A DNA stretch of 60,000 nt from assembly GCA_028534125.1 (NCBI GenBank), contig CM052816.1, positions 7,876,001 to 7,936,000 on the forward strand. Direction: 5' to 3'. The translations under genes and the position numbers were made by a program. The stretch comes from Lama glama (taxonomy: Eukaryota). Positions within the stretch are counted from its first letter, which is position 1, and every line of letters begins with the position of its first letter. Positions 24,531 through 37,855 of this stretch are shown in pieces. A model generated the notes under the pieces. The model made no database searches, was not told where the DNA came from, and saw only the letters and a list, made by a program, of their open reading frames with translations.

Positions 24531-26059
24531 TATTTTTACAATAAGCATTTTTTAAAAAAAAACAACATTGGCGAAAGTCACATCCGAAGAAGAAAGGAAT
24601 GAGAATTAGCTTTGGGGTGCAGCAGACTCCCCATGAGGCTCTCCTCTGCTGTACCTGGTGGCTGCCATTACCCTCCAGAGCACAGCAGAGCCAACCCAAG
24701 GCAATCCAGATCCTCTCTTCTGGGTTCCAGACACTTGAATGTTTGACTTTCGGCATATGGAAACATACCTTTAAGTGGCAGCCCTCCAATTAAGACAGCA
24801 CATCAGTCGCAAGCAAATATAAGAGTCAGGCTGCTGGCCCCTTGAGTCTGTGTGGGGCACAGCGAAACTCCAGAGCAAAAGGAAAATGCAGCCACTATCC
24901 CATGCACCCTGGCAACCAGCCGGATTCCTGACCTTCTCTTCTCCCCCCACCCCCCGAGGAGGCAGAGGGAGGCAGCGGGTGAAGGAGGTAAGTCATGTCC
25001 AAGTGGAGCCCTACCGTGATCAGAGGCTTTCCTTCAGGTTTCAGCTTTGCTCACCCGCAGTGACATTTGCATGAGCCTTCTTCTCAAGCTGCATTCACTG
25101 CAAGAACCTCTTACCCAGCCCAGGGCAGCAGTTACGTGATAATGTAATCTGATAATGATTGCTTATTATGCATCCCTCACTATGTTCACAAAACTGTGCA
25201 GGGGCTTCTATTCTTGTGCTCATGTTACAGGTGGAGAAACAGAGGCCCACAGGTGAGAAATGACTTGCTTGAGTTCACACAGCCAGCAGCAGCCGTCAGA
25301 ACCCTCCCCATCCAGTCTGACCCCTCAGCCTGCACTCTTCACCTCTAAACTCTAGAGCAAGGCACCATGGTTAGGTGATTCCAGAGTGAATGGGCACTGG
25401 CTTGGCCGCCCAGCAGGGTGATGAGAAACATCCACTGGAGTCAGATAGATTCCCAGTTTGGCTCTGTCCCAGGACAAGTCACTTGCCCCTCTTGAGCCTG
25501 GGTATCCACGTCTGTAAAACGGGGAGGTAACTTTGTCTCCAGGTTGTACTGCGAATTAGAAATAGGATATGCAGAGGACCTACCGCCAGCCCACGCACTG
25601 AGGCGCCCAATAGAAAGAAAGCAGCCACCAGCATCATCATCACCACCTGAAGCGTATTGCTTTCTCTCCCCAGTGAGCCAGGCAGACGCGGAGCTACTCC
25701 TGGTGACGACTAGGATGAGATCTGCCCTGGGGCCTGCTCTAAATGGTGAGTGGAAGCGGGTGGAGAGGATTTATCCTTGTCAGCACCCCACTCTGCACTT
25801 GTCCTGTAAGGTGTCGGGGTACCCCTTCTTTCCAACCCCACAGCCGCCTCTCCAGTTCAGGCCTTGTTCCCTGAAGGATTCCTGGCTTCCCTCCTTACGC
25901 CTCTCCAATCCGTGCCCCACACAGCAACCAGCGAGACCCCTCACTCCCCAGCCTAGGAACCTCCCCATTTCCCTAGTGCAGCGCACCCGACTCTGGCCCT
26001 CTAAGGAGTCCCCAACTCCTCTGACATCGCCCCCACTTCTCTAGAACACCTGTACCCAT

Positions 26060-26410
26060 GTCAGTTCCACACCTTTGCACAAGCGGTCCACTTGCCAGGA
26101 ATGCCCTCCCCCTCGCACCCTCTTGCCTTGAGGGACTGTCTCTCTTCTTCTGAGGTCCACTCAGATGCTCTGGGAAGCTTCTCAGAACCTGCTGTCCCCC
26201 CCGCCGCCCCCGCCACCAGGGTTAGACACTCCCTCCTCTGCTTCACGGAGCTCTGTTCCTCAGTCATCAGTTAGCACACTTTAGGGAAATCTTAGATGAT
26301 TTACTCCTTTACAAATCTGTCTTTTCCTCCCCAGGGCCCCACACACTCTCCCTGGGCTGGCACAGTGTCTAGCACACAGTAAGTGCTTAGTAAATGTTAA
26401 CGGCATGACT
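26060..26410 (+). mobile_element. L2 3' fragment in the MYOZ3 3' UTR
   Basis: cctttgcacaagcggtccacttgccaggaatgccct ... gcacagtgtctagcacacagtaagtgcttagtaaatgtt. Confidence 0.65.
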
Positions 26411-26594
26411 AGATAAAGACCACTTGTGTCTCAGTAAAAGGAAAAACTTTCTAATTCTCAGAGTGATTCACAGGTCAGTGGGCAGTTAATGAGCCTCCTG
26501 TTACTGGGGGAGTGTGAGCTGGAGTATAGGAGCAGGGAACAGTGGACGCATGGACGTGAAGTCATTGGTGGTTTGGATTCCTAAAGATACGAAC

Positions 26595-26760
26595 CGGGGG
26601 CAAGTTTTACTCAAATCACCTGGGAGTACTAGTTACTAAGTAGAGACTTCTCAGCCCAGGAGATTCTGATGCTGCAAGTCTGGGACAGGCCAGAAATCTG
26701 TATTAGAAACAACACTCCCTGGTAATTGTGAAGCATACCACATTTGGGGACTACTGAACT
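26595..26760. mobile_element. MER5-type hAT relic in the MYOZ3 3' UTR
   Basis: aatcacctgggag...gagattctgat...aagtctgggacaggccagaaatctgtatt...tttggggactactg. Confidence 0.6.
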
Positions 26761-26895
26761 TTGGGACCGTCGAGGCGATGTGCAAGAAGGTTTTGTGTGT
26801 GATGGCCCTTTGTAAACTGTGAAGTGCTGTCCACAAGTCTTGGCTCCAGATGTTACTCAAACTCTGGGATGGGGGATTGAAGATTCAAGCTGGGG

Positions 26896-27064
26896 CTACA
26901 GCTCCTCGGACTCTGGGAGGCTGCGGACCCAGCCCTGGGCCACTCTGTTGAAGCTGGGTCTGAGGCGGAGGAGTTCCAAGCCACTGGTGAGCTCTGGGAC
27001 GAAGGGGGTACCTGCCCTCAGAGTGGCTTCCCCCACCAGGAGTCCTCCAAAGGGCACGGGGGTC
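26896..27064 (-). CDS. MYOZ3: Myozenin-3 (calsarcin-3), terminal coding exon
   Basis: cag| (K)TPVPFGGLLVGEATLRAGTPFVPELTSGLELLRLRPSFNRVAQGWVRSLPESEEL-TAG; myozenin C-terminal PDZ ligand E[ST][DE][DE]L. Confidence 0.96.
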
Positions 27065-27459
27065 CTGGGGAAAGAAAAGCAGCAGGAGAGGGGGGCTGTG
27101 TGAGAAAGGGAGGGCAGAACACTGGCATGTGGGCCACCATGTACAGCCCCTCCCTGCTTCTCTCTGGCTTCAGTGTCCCCTGCTATTCAGCAAGTTTTGT
27201 GCTATCTTTAACAGGTTTCTGCAGCTCTTCATATTCCCAAGTCTGCCCCTACTCAGGGTGGCTTGTTGCTTAAAAATGGGAGTGAAGTTTTCAGAGTTAG
27301 AATTGTCTTGTTTTAGGCAACACTCTAGACTCGCCCTAAGTCAGGTAGGTCCAGATGGGAGTGGAATTGGAATAAGGTTTTTCCTTCCGCTTGTCACTTC
27401 CCCTTAGAACGGTATATCACAAACTGGAGAGAGAAGGGAGGATGAGAAAGAACTCTGAG

Positions 27460-28170
27460 AATCAAGGAATATAGATTACAACAAAGACATGCCATTTCTT
27501 ACCCATAAGACTGGCAAGAAGAAATAATTTGGTAATGGGGCAAAAGTTAGTGAGGTGGTAGGGTAAAGTGTCGCTCATATACTGCTGGTTGGAGGGTAAA
27601 TTAGGGCTGCTACCTTGAAGGACAATTTGGCAGGATCTTTTAAACCCGCAAATGTGCAAATTCTATCAACCAGCAACTCCACCTGTAAGCCTGTGGCTTA
27701 GGGAGGTAACATGCTCTTATGTAAGGAAGCAGATATGAGCAGTGGCTAGTGACAAACCAGAAACAAGCCATATGTCCATTGGCAGAGGAATGGATAAGAT
27801 ATATGTCATAGCTTAACATGGTGGAGTACTATACAGCAGCTTAAAAGGAAGGGAAAGAGCTCTATGTATTAAAAAGAGATTTCAAAAACATAATGTTGAG
27901 TGAAAAAAATCAAGTAAATACAAAGCGTTAAAACACACACACACTAAACAATGCCACACAGAAAATGTTCCCTTGTAGAGAATGTTCTGGAAACATACAC
28001 ACTAACCTGACAACAGTGTTACCTTTAGGAAGGGAGCTGGGATTGGAGGATGGGGAACAAAGGGAACCTATCTTTATTTGCAGTTGCCTAGGTTTTATTT
28101 TTTTTTAAGAGGATATAAGTACATGATTTTTTACTTAGTTTTTAATTTTAAGAAAATAAGAAGCATTGCT
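27460..28170 (+). mobile_element. L1ME-type 3' fragment in a MYOZ3 intron
   Basis: ctcatatactgctggttggagggtaaatt, gaatggataag, ggagtactatacagcagcttaaaagg, aatgttgagtgaaaaaa. Confidence 0.65.
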
Positions 28171-29249
28171 CATGTAGCGTTTTCCCTGTAGCCTGGGACC
28201 AATGGAAAGAGGGGAATGCCTGCCCCAGGGTGGAAAGGCAAACCTTCGGCCAGAGCCTGGGTTCCAGCCAGGACATTTTCTGCCTGGACCACCCCAGCTG
28301 TGGTGGCAACAGCCAGGCCCTACAGGAACAGGCTGGGCAGTTTCCAAGTCGAGCAGGCTTCACAGTTGGGCCCTTGACAGGGAGCCCAGAGCCCTGGATC
28401 CTGAACAGGGCTTGGCCACCAACACTGCTGTTCCTTCTTTCTTTGCCTCAGTTGCCTTTTCTGTCCCAGGAGGGGCCTGGGCTCGGGGCTCCCTAAGACC
28501 CTCCTGCTGTTGGCGGGAACGTGCCTCAGCCTGTCATAGCTGAGGTGTGAGATGGAGGAGCTGTGAGCTACACTGGCCAGCCTGGAAGCTGGCTACCAGT
28601 ACTGAATGTCTGCTGAGGGTTTTAAATAGCTGGACAGGCATGGCCAAGGGCCCCAGAAGGAGCGACAGCATAGTCCTGCCTGGCAGGAAACCCTGCAATG
28701 TCTGCCAGTGGCTCATGGTTGCACAGTGCCTGTTGGGCCCAGTTCTTCCCCGTCAGGGTCCTCCCTGGCTATCAGCTGTTTGAGGGCAGTCACAGCCCTC
28801 CTGAGCAGTCTCTTCTCAAGGCTCAGCACCGCCAGTTCCTTCAGCCCTCCCTCAGAGGGCCTGCTCTCCAGGCCTAGCCAGGCTCTGGAGCCCATCTGTC
28901 TGCCTTTGTCAGACAGACAGCCTCCACGTGTGGTCTGAGCAGGTGCCAGAAGAGCTGGACTGTGGCCTCCTCTCTGCGGACCCTCCTCGTTCTCACTTAA
29001 CGCAGCCCAAGCCAGAGGAGCATTTTTCAGAAATAGCATCAGACAGAGGAAGCCAATCGCAGTTGAAATGCATCCCTCAGCCCAGGCCCTTCCTCCAGTG
29101 CCAAGCTCCCGCCTTGACTGCTATGATTTGTTTTCAGTCCCCCAGAGCAGAATGCTAAAGTCATCCCTTTCTAGTTCTCCCCTCTTGGCTTTTCCAGCCA
29201 TCATTTCAACCTGTAAATATAATAATAATAATAATAATAGGAACAGGAA

Positions 29250-29960
29250 TAATGATGGCTACCATTTATTGAGAGCTTGTCACTTGCTAGAAACTTTGCC
29301 TTTGGTGTCTCATGCCAGCCTCACAACCATCTTATGAACTAGCTACTATAATAGTCTCATTTTACAGGTGGGGAAATGGAGGCCCAGCAAGGTTCGGTCG
29401 CTTACCAACAATCACACAGCCAGCTGCAGAGATGGCATTAAGCTCTTGTCGAGGCCCCACATTCTAAACACTATGAGCCACTGCTCTGTGGCTCTCACTT
29501 CTGGTGTTCAGGGTTCCACTCCTCACAGTGGTATGGTACAGCCTCAAGGCCAGTTTCCAGGCCTCTTCCAGACCATTGATCAAAGTGGGGAAAAGGCTGA
29601 GCTGGCCCAGGACTGATAGACCTGCGGCCCTCATCCAGGGCAGGACCCGCACCTCGAAGGATGCGCACATCGAGGAGGTGGCACACAGCAGTGATGCAAA
29701 ACAAGAAACTGGGCTCTGGAGTTGAACAAACTTAGACTTGCATCCCCGCCTTGTCACTGCTTCCTTGCTTTGTGATTTTGGGGCAGATTGTGGATAATAC
29801 CCTTCATGGCAGAATAGGAAAAATTGTAGCACCTGCCCCACCCTGTTGTAGGGGGAGGATCCAACAAGATGTGTGCCACATTCACCCATTCATTCCTTTA
29901 CATTTATTGAGCACCAACTATGTGCTAAGGGAAGAGTTCTACTGAGTTTCAGCAAGAGCT
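29250..29960. mobile_element. MIR fragments
   Basis: MIR core ctcattttacaggtggggaaatggaggccc and the reverse-orientation tgtgattttggggcag...cttcatggcagaatagg. Confidence 0.6.
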
Positions 29961-30078
29961 CAATAAACATATAAGACATTAGGACAGAGCCTGGCAAGTA
30001 GAAACCACCTGCAGTGCTTGTGACCGGCTCCTGGCCCATCCTCCCTCCAGGACCCTCCCCAAGCCTGCCGCCCCTTAC

Positions 30079-30241
30079 TTGTTGAAATTTCGATACTCCA
30101 TCAGGTTGGGGGTGTGACTGCAGCCCTCGCGCTGGTAGTCCCGGTAGCTGATGAACTCCTGCCACGGGCAGCGGTAGCCCTTGGGGATAGCTGTGTGGTT
30201 GAACTTCTCAGGTGGGACGCCCTTCAGTGGCTCAGCATAGC
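30079..30241 (-). CDS. MYOZ3: MYOZ3 coding exon 5
   Basis: tag| (G)YAEPLKGVPPEKFNHTAIPKGYRCPWQEFISYRDYQREGCSHTPNLMEYRNFN(K) |gtaagg; 163 nt. Confidence 0.96.
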
Positions 30242-30514
30242 CTAGGAGTGGAGCAGGGAGCCTGGTTTCCTTACTCGCTCGGCGCCACTGCCCACCCCAC
30301 AGACACTGTCTAGGGGTCTGAAGTCAAGAGATAGAAAAGGGGAGTAGGGGGAGGGGCTGGAATGTGATGCCAAAGTTGTTCCCTGGAGACAAGGACTAGG
30401 GCAGGGGAATCATGAGTTGGGGTGCAGACTGTAGTTTGGTTTGGACTCTGGCTCGCTGTGTGACCTTGGCTGCATTGCTGCACCTCTCTAGGCTTCTGTT
30501 GGGCATGCGGAGGG

Positions 30515-30518
<4 letters not shown>

Positions 30519-30560
<42 letters not shown>
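30519..30560. repeat. (TG)n microsatellite
   Basis: About 20 TG units. Confidence 0.95.
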
Positions 30561-30561
<1 letters not shown>

Positions 30562-30671
30562 GGGAAAGAGGTGAGCTAGATGCTCACTGGGCATCCTTCC
30601 TGCCCTGCCACGGAGCACATCCTCACTCCAGTCCCACAGTCCTGGTCCTGGGATGGGGGGAGGCCACTCAC

Positions 30672-30807
30672 CTGGCGCCAGGGCACTGGGGCTGTGGGCG
30701 CTCTCCACCCGAGAGGCTGCAGACTGGGCATCCTCAGTGCCCCCTGGTGAGGACGGGAAGATGTGGAGCTCAGAGCGGTAGTTCTGCCCCTCAGGGCTGT
30801 TGGCAAC
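30672..30807 (-). CDS. MYOZ3: MYOZ3 coding exon 4
   Basis: cag| VANSPEGQNYRSELHIFPSSPGGTEDAQSAASRVESAHSPSALAP |gtgagt; 136 nt. Confidence 0.93.
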
Positions 30808-30911
30808 CTGGGCACAGGGGCAGGAGCTCAGAGGCAGTGGGCTGAGGAAGTTGAGCTGTCTGGCCCCTTCCTCATGGCTTCCCCACCTGTGGGGTCTCCC
30901 TCTATGCTCAC

Positions 30912-30965
30912 CATCCCAGGCTCCGCTGTTCCGGTCACTTTCCCCTTGGTGCTTCCAGCCACTGT
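30912..30965 (-). CDS. MYOZ3: MYOZ3 coding exon 3
   Basis: cag| TVAGSTKGKVTGTAEPGM |gtgagc; 54 nt, phase 0-0. Confidence 0.9.
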
Positions 30966-31919
30966 CTGTAGGGGGAGAGATAAACCACAGGGAGGCTCAG
31001 CAGGACAAGGGTCCAGAGTTCTCCCTCCACTAAAAAAAAGGTGGGCAGTGGTGGGGGCATAATCCTAGAGCGCACTTCCCAGGGATGCTCGGGGGATGAA
31101 TTAATAGTGTAAAGCACTAAACCCAGTGCCTGGAACAGAGACGTGCTCTTATATGTGTTAGTTGCTATTATAATATTGACCCTGGGTATACGCTTAATTT
31201 CTCTGAACCTCAGTTTCCTTCTCTGTAAAATAGAGATGATGATAATAGTATCACTCTATGATCATTAAATGAGATGGTATATGTAAAATGCTTAGCTAGC
31301 ACTGTCCTAAGGCACGTAGCAAAAGTAGATGTTTGGTCATCTTTATTATTCTGCCACATCGCTCCCTCTCATCCCCTCCTGTCTCACCAGAAATTGAGTG
31401 GAGCAGGTTGAAAGGCCCTTGAGTTCATTCGAAGTGCCTCAGACTGCCTGCCGCCCTTTTGAAGCCTGGGGACAAACCACTCTTGCCTCCTTTCTCTACC
31501 AGCAGACTGTCTCATGGCCTTTGCTTCTTCCAGTGGGAAGAAGAGAAAGGGGGTCTGCATTTTCTCTTTTAGATAAAGCTTAGGTCCAATCTAAGTCCTG
31601 CTTGCTGCAGATTCAGTCCTGAGCACCTGGCTGTTCTGCACTTTTTGTAGAAGCCAGAGTCCCTTCACTCCAAGGCTCATCTGTCCCAATCCACTTTATA
31701 TTTTGTATCTGGAGAGAGATGCCTAAAGAGCTAACCCTTTTCTAGGATCACACAGCAAGGTAGGGGTCAGTCTGATGGCAACATCACAGCCTGCCCCAGC
31801 TGGGATTTGAGGGACCCCCCAGAGGGGCCAGAGGTCCTCACCTGGCTGTTTAGCTCTAGGCTAATGAGGGGCCCTCTCTGGGCCTCAGCTGCCTGTGAGC
31901 ACAATGTGGGCTTACTCAC

Positions 31920-32074
31920 CGCCCGCTGGCTGTCTGTGAACTCAAAGGTGAATTTCTGCACACGGCGCTGTCTCTTCTGGAAGAGGAGGGATCCTCGGTT
32001 GTTACGCAGTGATAGCTCCTCCATCATCAGGTCCTGGGGCACGCTCAGCTTCTTGCCCAGGTCCAGCACCGGGA
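31920..32074 (-). CDS. MYOZ3: MYOZ3 coding exon 2
   Basis: cag| (V)[51 protein letters not shown] |gtgagt; calsarcin signature. Confidence 0.97.
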
Positions 32075-32369
32075 CTGCCAGGAGAGGCCAGAGCCAGCTC
32101 TTACCATCAGACCCTCAGGGCGCTAGGGCTGCGGCCCCTTAAGAGGACCTCCTCACAGCTCCACCCGTTCTGTATGAGAAGGCCGATTTCTCCCCATACT
32201 TGCCGACACGGGGTGGAATCTTTGTCCACTCAGTGGGCAGAAATGATGTCCCTAAGTTTAATTTGCACGTATGTGATGCTCAGTGAAATTGAGCATCATT
32301 TCAGATGTTCTTTGGCCAGTTGTATTGATTCCAGGCACTTCCCGTGCAGCTCTTTGCCCACAGGGGTGA

Positions 32370-35030
32370 AACTAGTGAGAAATGATCAGGTTGTAGATAT
32401 CTTTTAAAGGCAGGCCATGGGAATGGAATATAAGAAAGAGGAGTGGAGGGTGACAGCAGGGCTTCTGGCCCGAGCCACGAGGAGGATGGAGCAGCTGCTC
32501 CCTGACATGGGAAGGCTGGAGGAGGAGGAGTGGGGAAAGACCAGGCATGCGGTCCTAGACACTTTTCATTTTAAAATAGCCTTTTATTATTATAAAAATA
32601 TCATATTGAAGAAAGTTAGAAAATACAGACGTATGAGAAAAAGAAAATACCATTTTCTACCACCCAGTAGAACACCTGTGAACACCTCAGTGTTTAGCCT
32701 TTCATATCTTTTCCAGTGACTATATATTCATATGTGACTTTTTAACCAAAATGGAATCATAGCATAGATTCTTTGTCACTTGCTTTTATCATCTAAAGTT
32801 GTCTACCTTCCCAAGTGAATGGATTTGTTTTATATAATGCCTAGTCTGCATTCAAACTCCCCTAATTGTCTCCAAAACTGGGCATAAGGTTTGAAGAGCC
32901 TTACAGGCATCCAAGTGGAGGTGCCAAAGAGGGAGCTGTGAGTCTAGTGTTCACGGGAGAAGACTGACCTGGACATAGACATTGAGGCACCTCAAGAGGA
33001 CAAATGGCATTTGCTGTTGTTTTTTAATGAAGACGGTCACATTTATCACTTTTCTCGTAGTTAGGACCAGTCATTATAGGCATGTAGAGGGTTTCCAGGA
33101 ATGATGACTGTCCTTGGTAGTTTGGGGGCCCATCCTTTGTGCTTTCCCCACCAGCAAAATGCATCCTTTTATGCTGGCTCAAAACGGGAAGCCTTTTGGA
33201 AGAAAGGAGTGACAAATGGTGGGGGTGTTGGTAGGAGGGGGCACCTCCGGGCAGCACGGCCAGAGTTGTCATCTCTAAGATCACATATGCATAGGTTCAT
33301 ATTCCAGCTCTATAAGTGGTATTTTGAGCCTGGAGGCTGGGTGAGATCACCAAGGAAATGAGGATGGATAAAGAGATTGAACGACTGAGCCCTGGGGCCT
33401 CCAACATGTAGAGGGAGGAAACAAGGAATCAGCCCTGGAGCCTGGGAAGAAGCACCCAGCCAGGTAGGAGGAAATCTCAGGAGTGTGGTGTCCTAGAACC
33501 AAGCGATGAAAGCACTTCAGGGGAGGTGGACTCATCAAAGGAGTCAAAGGTTGCTGATACGTCAAGTAAGATGAGAGCTGAGAATTGGCCATTATATTTA
33601 GTAACATGGTGTTATTATTGGTTATCTCCACAAAAGCAGTTCCTGTGGGGTATTTGGCTGTGAAAGCCTTATTGGAAAGGGTTCAAGAGAAAAGGGACAG
33701 AGGAACACAGCTTAACCGCAGCACGAGGAAGCAATGAGCCAAATCTAGGATGTGGGACATTCTGTACAGCAGCTGGCTTGGTTTCTTCAAAGGAGTAAAT
33801 GAAATGGAAAAAAGGGTGGGGGTAAGTATTTTAGAATTAAGGCAAGATTTAAGAGACAAATAAAAACAATGGCCCTTGAGGGTATTAAACTAAGTGAAGT
33901 CAGACAGAGAAAGACAAGTACCATATGATTTTGCTCACATGTGGAATATAAAAACAAACAAACAAATAATCAAAAAATAAATGAACAAAGCAAACAAAAA
34001 CAAACATGTATTTGCAGAGAACAGAGGAGTGGTTACTAGAAGGGAGTAGGGTTGCAGGGGAGGGGTAAGTGGGTAAAGGGATCAACTGTGTGGTGATGGG
34101 CAGAAACCAGCCTTTTGGTGGCAAGCACGCTGTGGTGAATGGGGAAATAGAAACGTATCTTTTATATATGAAACTATATGTTATCAGCCATTGTTATCTC
34201 AATTAAAAAGTGGCTCTTATTGTTCGTGGATCCTCATTAACAAACTAGAAAATCAGAGAAAGTTGACTAAGGGACTGGTTATTAGATAGTATTAAATCAA
34301 TATTGCTAACTTTGTTCATTGTGCTAATATCTTTGTGGCCTGTAAGGGAGTGTCCTTTTTGTTACTTTTTGATGCATTATGAAATATTTGAGAGATGAAA
34401 TGGCATGCTCTTTGGGATTTGCTCTGGACTCCAGGGAAAAAAGGGGGGCCGTGGGGATTTGAAATCTCTACTTCTATGTGTGTGTGTAAGTTGCTTAATG
34501 TTAAAAGGAGAAAAGGAGAGGAAGAAGGTAAAGACAGCTGTTTTGAGGAGCTGTGCTCTGAAGGAGCATGGCTGGAGGCAGTTGTGGGAGCAAGAGGGGT
34601 TTGTTTATTTTTAAAGAGGGAGAAACAATAGCATGTGTGTTAGTGGATGAGAAAATCTGACAGTGAAACAGAGAGAGGGGAGGATTGCTGAAGGGATGTC
34701 CTTGAGCAAGAGAGAGAGGAGAGAGGGGGTCCGCTGCCCAACTGGAGGGGTTAGCTTCAGACAGGTGCCAGGAGAGTGCACTGATCACATCAGGAAGGAA
34801 AACTGAGAACAGGGACACAGATGCAAACACGTGGACAGATGTGGTGGAGGGAGCTGCAGAAGTTCTCTTTTAGACACTGTATTTTCCTCAGTGAAATAAG
34901 AAGCAAGGTCATTAGCTGAGACTGAAGGTGGGGGAGGTACTGGAGGTTTAAGAAGAAAAGGTTGCTCAAACTGTCTCAGAGAACAGTAGGGGCAAGTGAA
35001 TGGGTCAGGGAGATGGATGTGGTTACCAGC
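32370..35030 (-). mobile_element. Fragmented antisense L2 with L1 insertions
   Basis: L2 motifs (gagtggagggtgacagcagggcttctggcc, gagatcaccaaggaaatg, gtcaagtaagatgagagctgagaattggcc, tattttcctcagtgaaataagaagcaaggtcattagctgag). Boundaries approximate. Confidence 0.6.
33870..34210 (+). mobile_element. Lineage-specific L1 3' end (laurasiatherian/ungulate type)
   Basis: ttgagggtattaaactaagtgaagtcagacagagaaagacaagtaccatatgatt...gggatcaactgtgtggtgatgg...ttttggtggcaagcacgctgtggtg...tctcaattaaaaa. Confidence 0.8.
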
Positions 35031-35478
35031 AGCACTGAGGGCCGTTCAGGTGCTGTGACTCCATTTCTTTCAATGGAATCCTAAACAGCCTTAAAAAAAA
35101 AAAAGGCTCGTGTTTTCTTTCAGCAAATATATAGAGAGCACCTTCTACAAGAGGAAAAGAAATCCACTGTAGATTAAGAGGGGGGAAAAGTAAATTTCAG
35201 AAGAATCTACATTCTAAGATCCCACCCATGTATTTTAAAAGATGGGTATATGTTTATGCAGATATTGAAAGATCTGCAAGGAGACATGCCAGATATTAGC
35301 AGTGCCCACTCATGGGACATAAGAAGGAGGAGGGCTGAAAATTGTTTGCACTGTTTTTGTCTTTTAACAAGAAAATATACTGCATACTTAAAAATGTGAA
35401 AGACTATTTATACCTAAATGCATAATGGAAGTCCCCTGGCATCATATTCTCAAATACTAGTCAGATGAACTGAGCTCA

Positions 35479-35479
<1 letters not shown>

Positions 35480-35516
<37 letters not shown>

Positions 35517-35571
35517 ATATGTATATATATATATATGTGTGTATATGTATATGTATATACATATACACATA
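35480..35571. repeat. (TA)n/(TATG)n compound microsatellite
   Basis: Long alternating TA tract with TG interruptions. Confidence 0.95.
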
Positions 35572-36364
35572 TTTTTTAAAACTATCAATAAAAAGCTATT
35601 TGACTAAGCAATTCAATTTCTAGGCATTCACTCTTGGGGAGAAAAGTTGAATAAACATGCCTGAAGATGAACGTACAAGGATGTTTACTGCAGTGAGGTT
35701 TCAACTTGTGAAAACCGGGGCTCAGCCTTGTGGTGGATGCTGCCCAGATGGTCTTTATCAGTGACGAACAGCTCACAACGGCCCCCTTCTGCAGAGAACT
35801 GCCCCGGTGAGTAGAGGCTGCCACGGCCCCCTTGTGGAAGATGGGATGAATTCTGTGGGGCAATCAGTTCATGCTCTGGGGCCCACATCCTTACTGAGCA
35901 ACTACCTCTGCCCGATCCTGCTTCTGTCACTTCCCTTCTCCTGGGAGCGAGACCTCAATAAGTCACCTGTCCAGGAATCCTCAGGGTCCCACCCTGGGGC
36001 GAGCCTTCGTCGTGACCACCCTTAGCGGGTGTGTGTGTGTGTATAAATGTGTATAACGTAGTATATTCTGGGGGAGCCAGGGGAGGGAAGATGGTGAGAT
36101 AAGTTGTACTAGGGTGGAAAGAAGTCTGTGGCACGCCGCTGAGTGAAAAAAAATTACGATGAAGAACACAGTGCATGGTATTTAGCCCACATGTATATGC
36201 TTTTATATAAATATGTTTATATATGAACAGAAGAGGAATTTACACAAATCTGTTAACAATGGTTATCTCCAGATGGTTCCGTTATGAGGAACTTGCACTT
36301 TCAAAGTCATTCATGTCTGTTTTATCTGAATATTTCATAAAATAAATGTTTTATTTATATAAGC

Positions 36365-36600
36365 ATGTGGTAAAGGAGCAGTTTTGGGAGACAAAAAGAT
36401 CTGAGGTCAGATCTCAGCTCTACCAGCTACTAAATATGTGACTTCCTAGCTTCTCTGAGCCTCAGTTTTCTTGTCTGCAAAATGGGGATACTCATATTTA
36501 ACTTACAGAGTATTTGTGAGTTTAGATACCATAAAGTGCAAATGCTCTTAGCACAGTATCTGAGACATGGTTAGCACTCAGTCATGGTTAGTGTTTTATT
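36365..36600 (+). mobile_element. MIR
   Basis: ctcagctctaccagctactaaatatgtgac...ttctctgagcctcagttttcttgtctgcaaaatggggata. Confidence 0.7.
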
Positions 36601-37044
36601 GTTCTTCTACAACAGCTAGCTTTTGGTGGTATCATGAGATTTTTTTCCTTTCTACTTTTCTTTAGTTTCAAAATTGTCCTTAATTAATATCCGACCAGTA
36701 GTCAACGATTCATGTATTTCTAGTCTGGCGTAAATGATGCGTGTCAATATCTGGGGGGTCTGTAACTAATTAATTACTTAGACAAGAGAAAAGAAAATGC
36801 ATTGCCTGATTCTTCTAGTTAGAGCATCAGTAGCTCCCAAAGCTTGACTATTTCAACACACAGGAAATGAAAATCATGAAATGAAAAAAATTGTGAAATG
36901 AAAAAGAGAAACAACACCAACAACAAAGGGAGGCAAGAACATACACAACAGCTTTCAAGTACGACACACAGATAAAGTCCTACGACATTAAGGGCTTCTT
37001 AGAGCTATGAAGGAGGCAAAGCTGCAGCACTGCCCTTAGACGCG

Positions 37045-37232
37045 GGTTTTTCAGAGCTTGGTTCACTGCCCGCCTGCATTGGAATTACCTGGGTAATAAT
37101 CTAAAAGGCTAATACATGGCCCCCTCTCCATGTCCCCTGGATCAGAATCCCTGGGGGTGGATGCTGGGAACCTGCCTTTTTAACCAATGATGCCATGCTG
37201 CTACAGCTCACACTAAAGTCTGAGAGCCCTGA
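37045..37232. mobile_element. MER5-type hAT relic
   Basis: gcattggaattacctggg...atcagaatccctgggggtgg...aacctgcctttttaacc...aaagtctgagagccctg. Confidence 0.6.
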
Positions 37233-37794
37233 CTTAGTTGAATTTGTTTTTAAAATACTTGAAATGCTCTAAAGTAGGCCAAATAAACAGACTCCAAAAT
37301 TACACCAAGAGTTCTGGAAGAGGTCTTATAAAGTTGATAAAAATGTGTTTTAGATGATTTATCCATTGGATGAATCGGGTTTTAAGTGAGATGGTTTGAG
37401 TCAGATTGGGAAGCCTGTCCTTGCCGTACCGGCCCCTGACCCCTTGTCTCTTGCCATGGGGGTTCAGTGAGACCCCCAGTTACAACAAGCAGGGGCAAGT
37501 GTGTGGGGAGCTTGGACTCGATCTGGGGTTGAGGTAAGAACTTTGCTGGGGCCAGGGCCCAGTCTAGGGCACTCAAACTGAGCTCTTGGATGTGCAGACA
37601 TCAGGGGAAGGCCCCTCCCAGTGCTTTGGGAAGCTTCCCAGGCCAGGCGGCAGATTCCACAGACACTCCCTCAGGGCTGGCCTGGAGCTCAAATCTGTTT
37701 GCCCAGGCCTGGGGCCAGCAAGCCTGAGCGGCTGTGTTCTGGGACCAAGAAAGGATGGGCTCTGAGGAACACACAAAGTCTGGGTCACCCTTAC

Positions 37795-37855
37795 CTGGTC
37801 CAGTGAGGTCCCCCATGGCAGTCATCACTTGTCCGTTCTGCTCCTTGGGGATCAT
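37795..37855 (-). CDS. MYOZ3: MYOZ3 first coding exon
   Basis: cag|G ATG at 37855: MIPKEQNGQVMTAMGDLTGP |gtaagg. The ATG is 1 nt into the exon, so a 5' non-coding exon must lie upstream. The six exons sum to 738 nt = 245 aa plus stop. Confidence 0.94.
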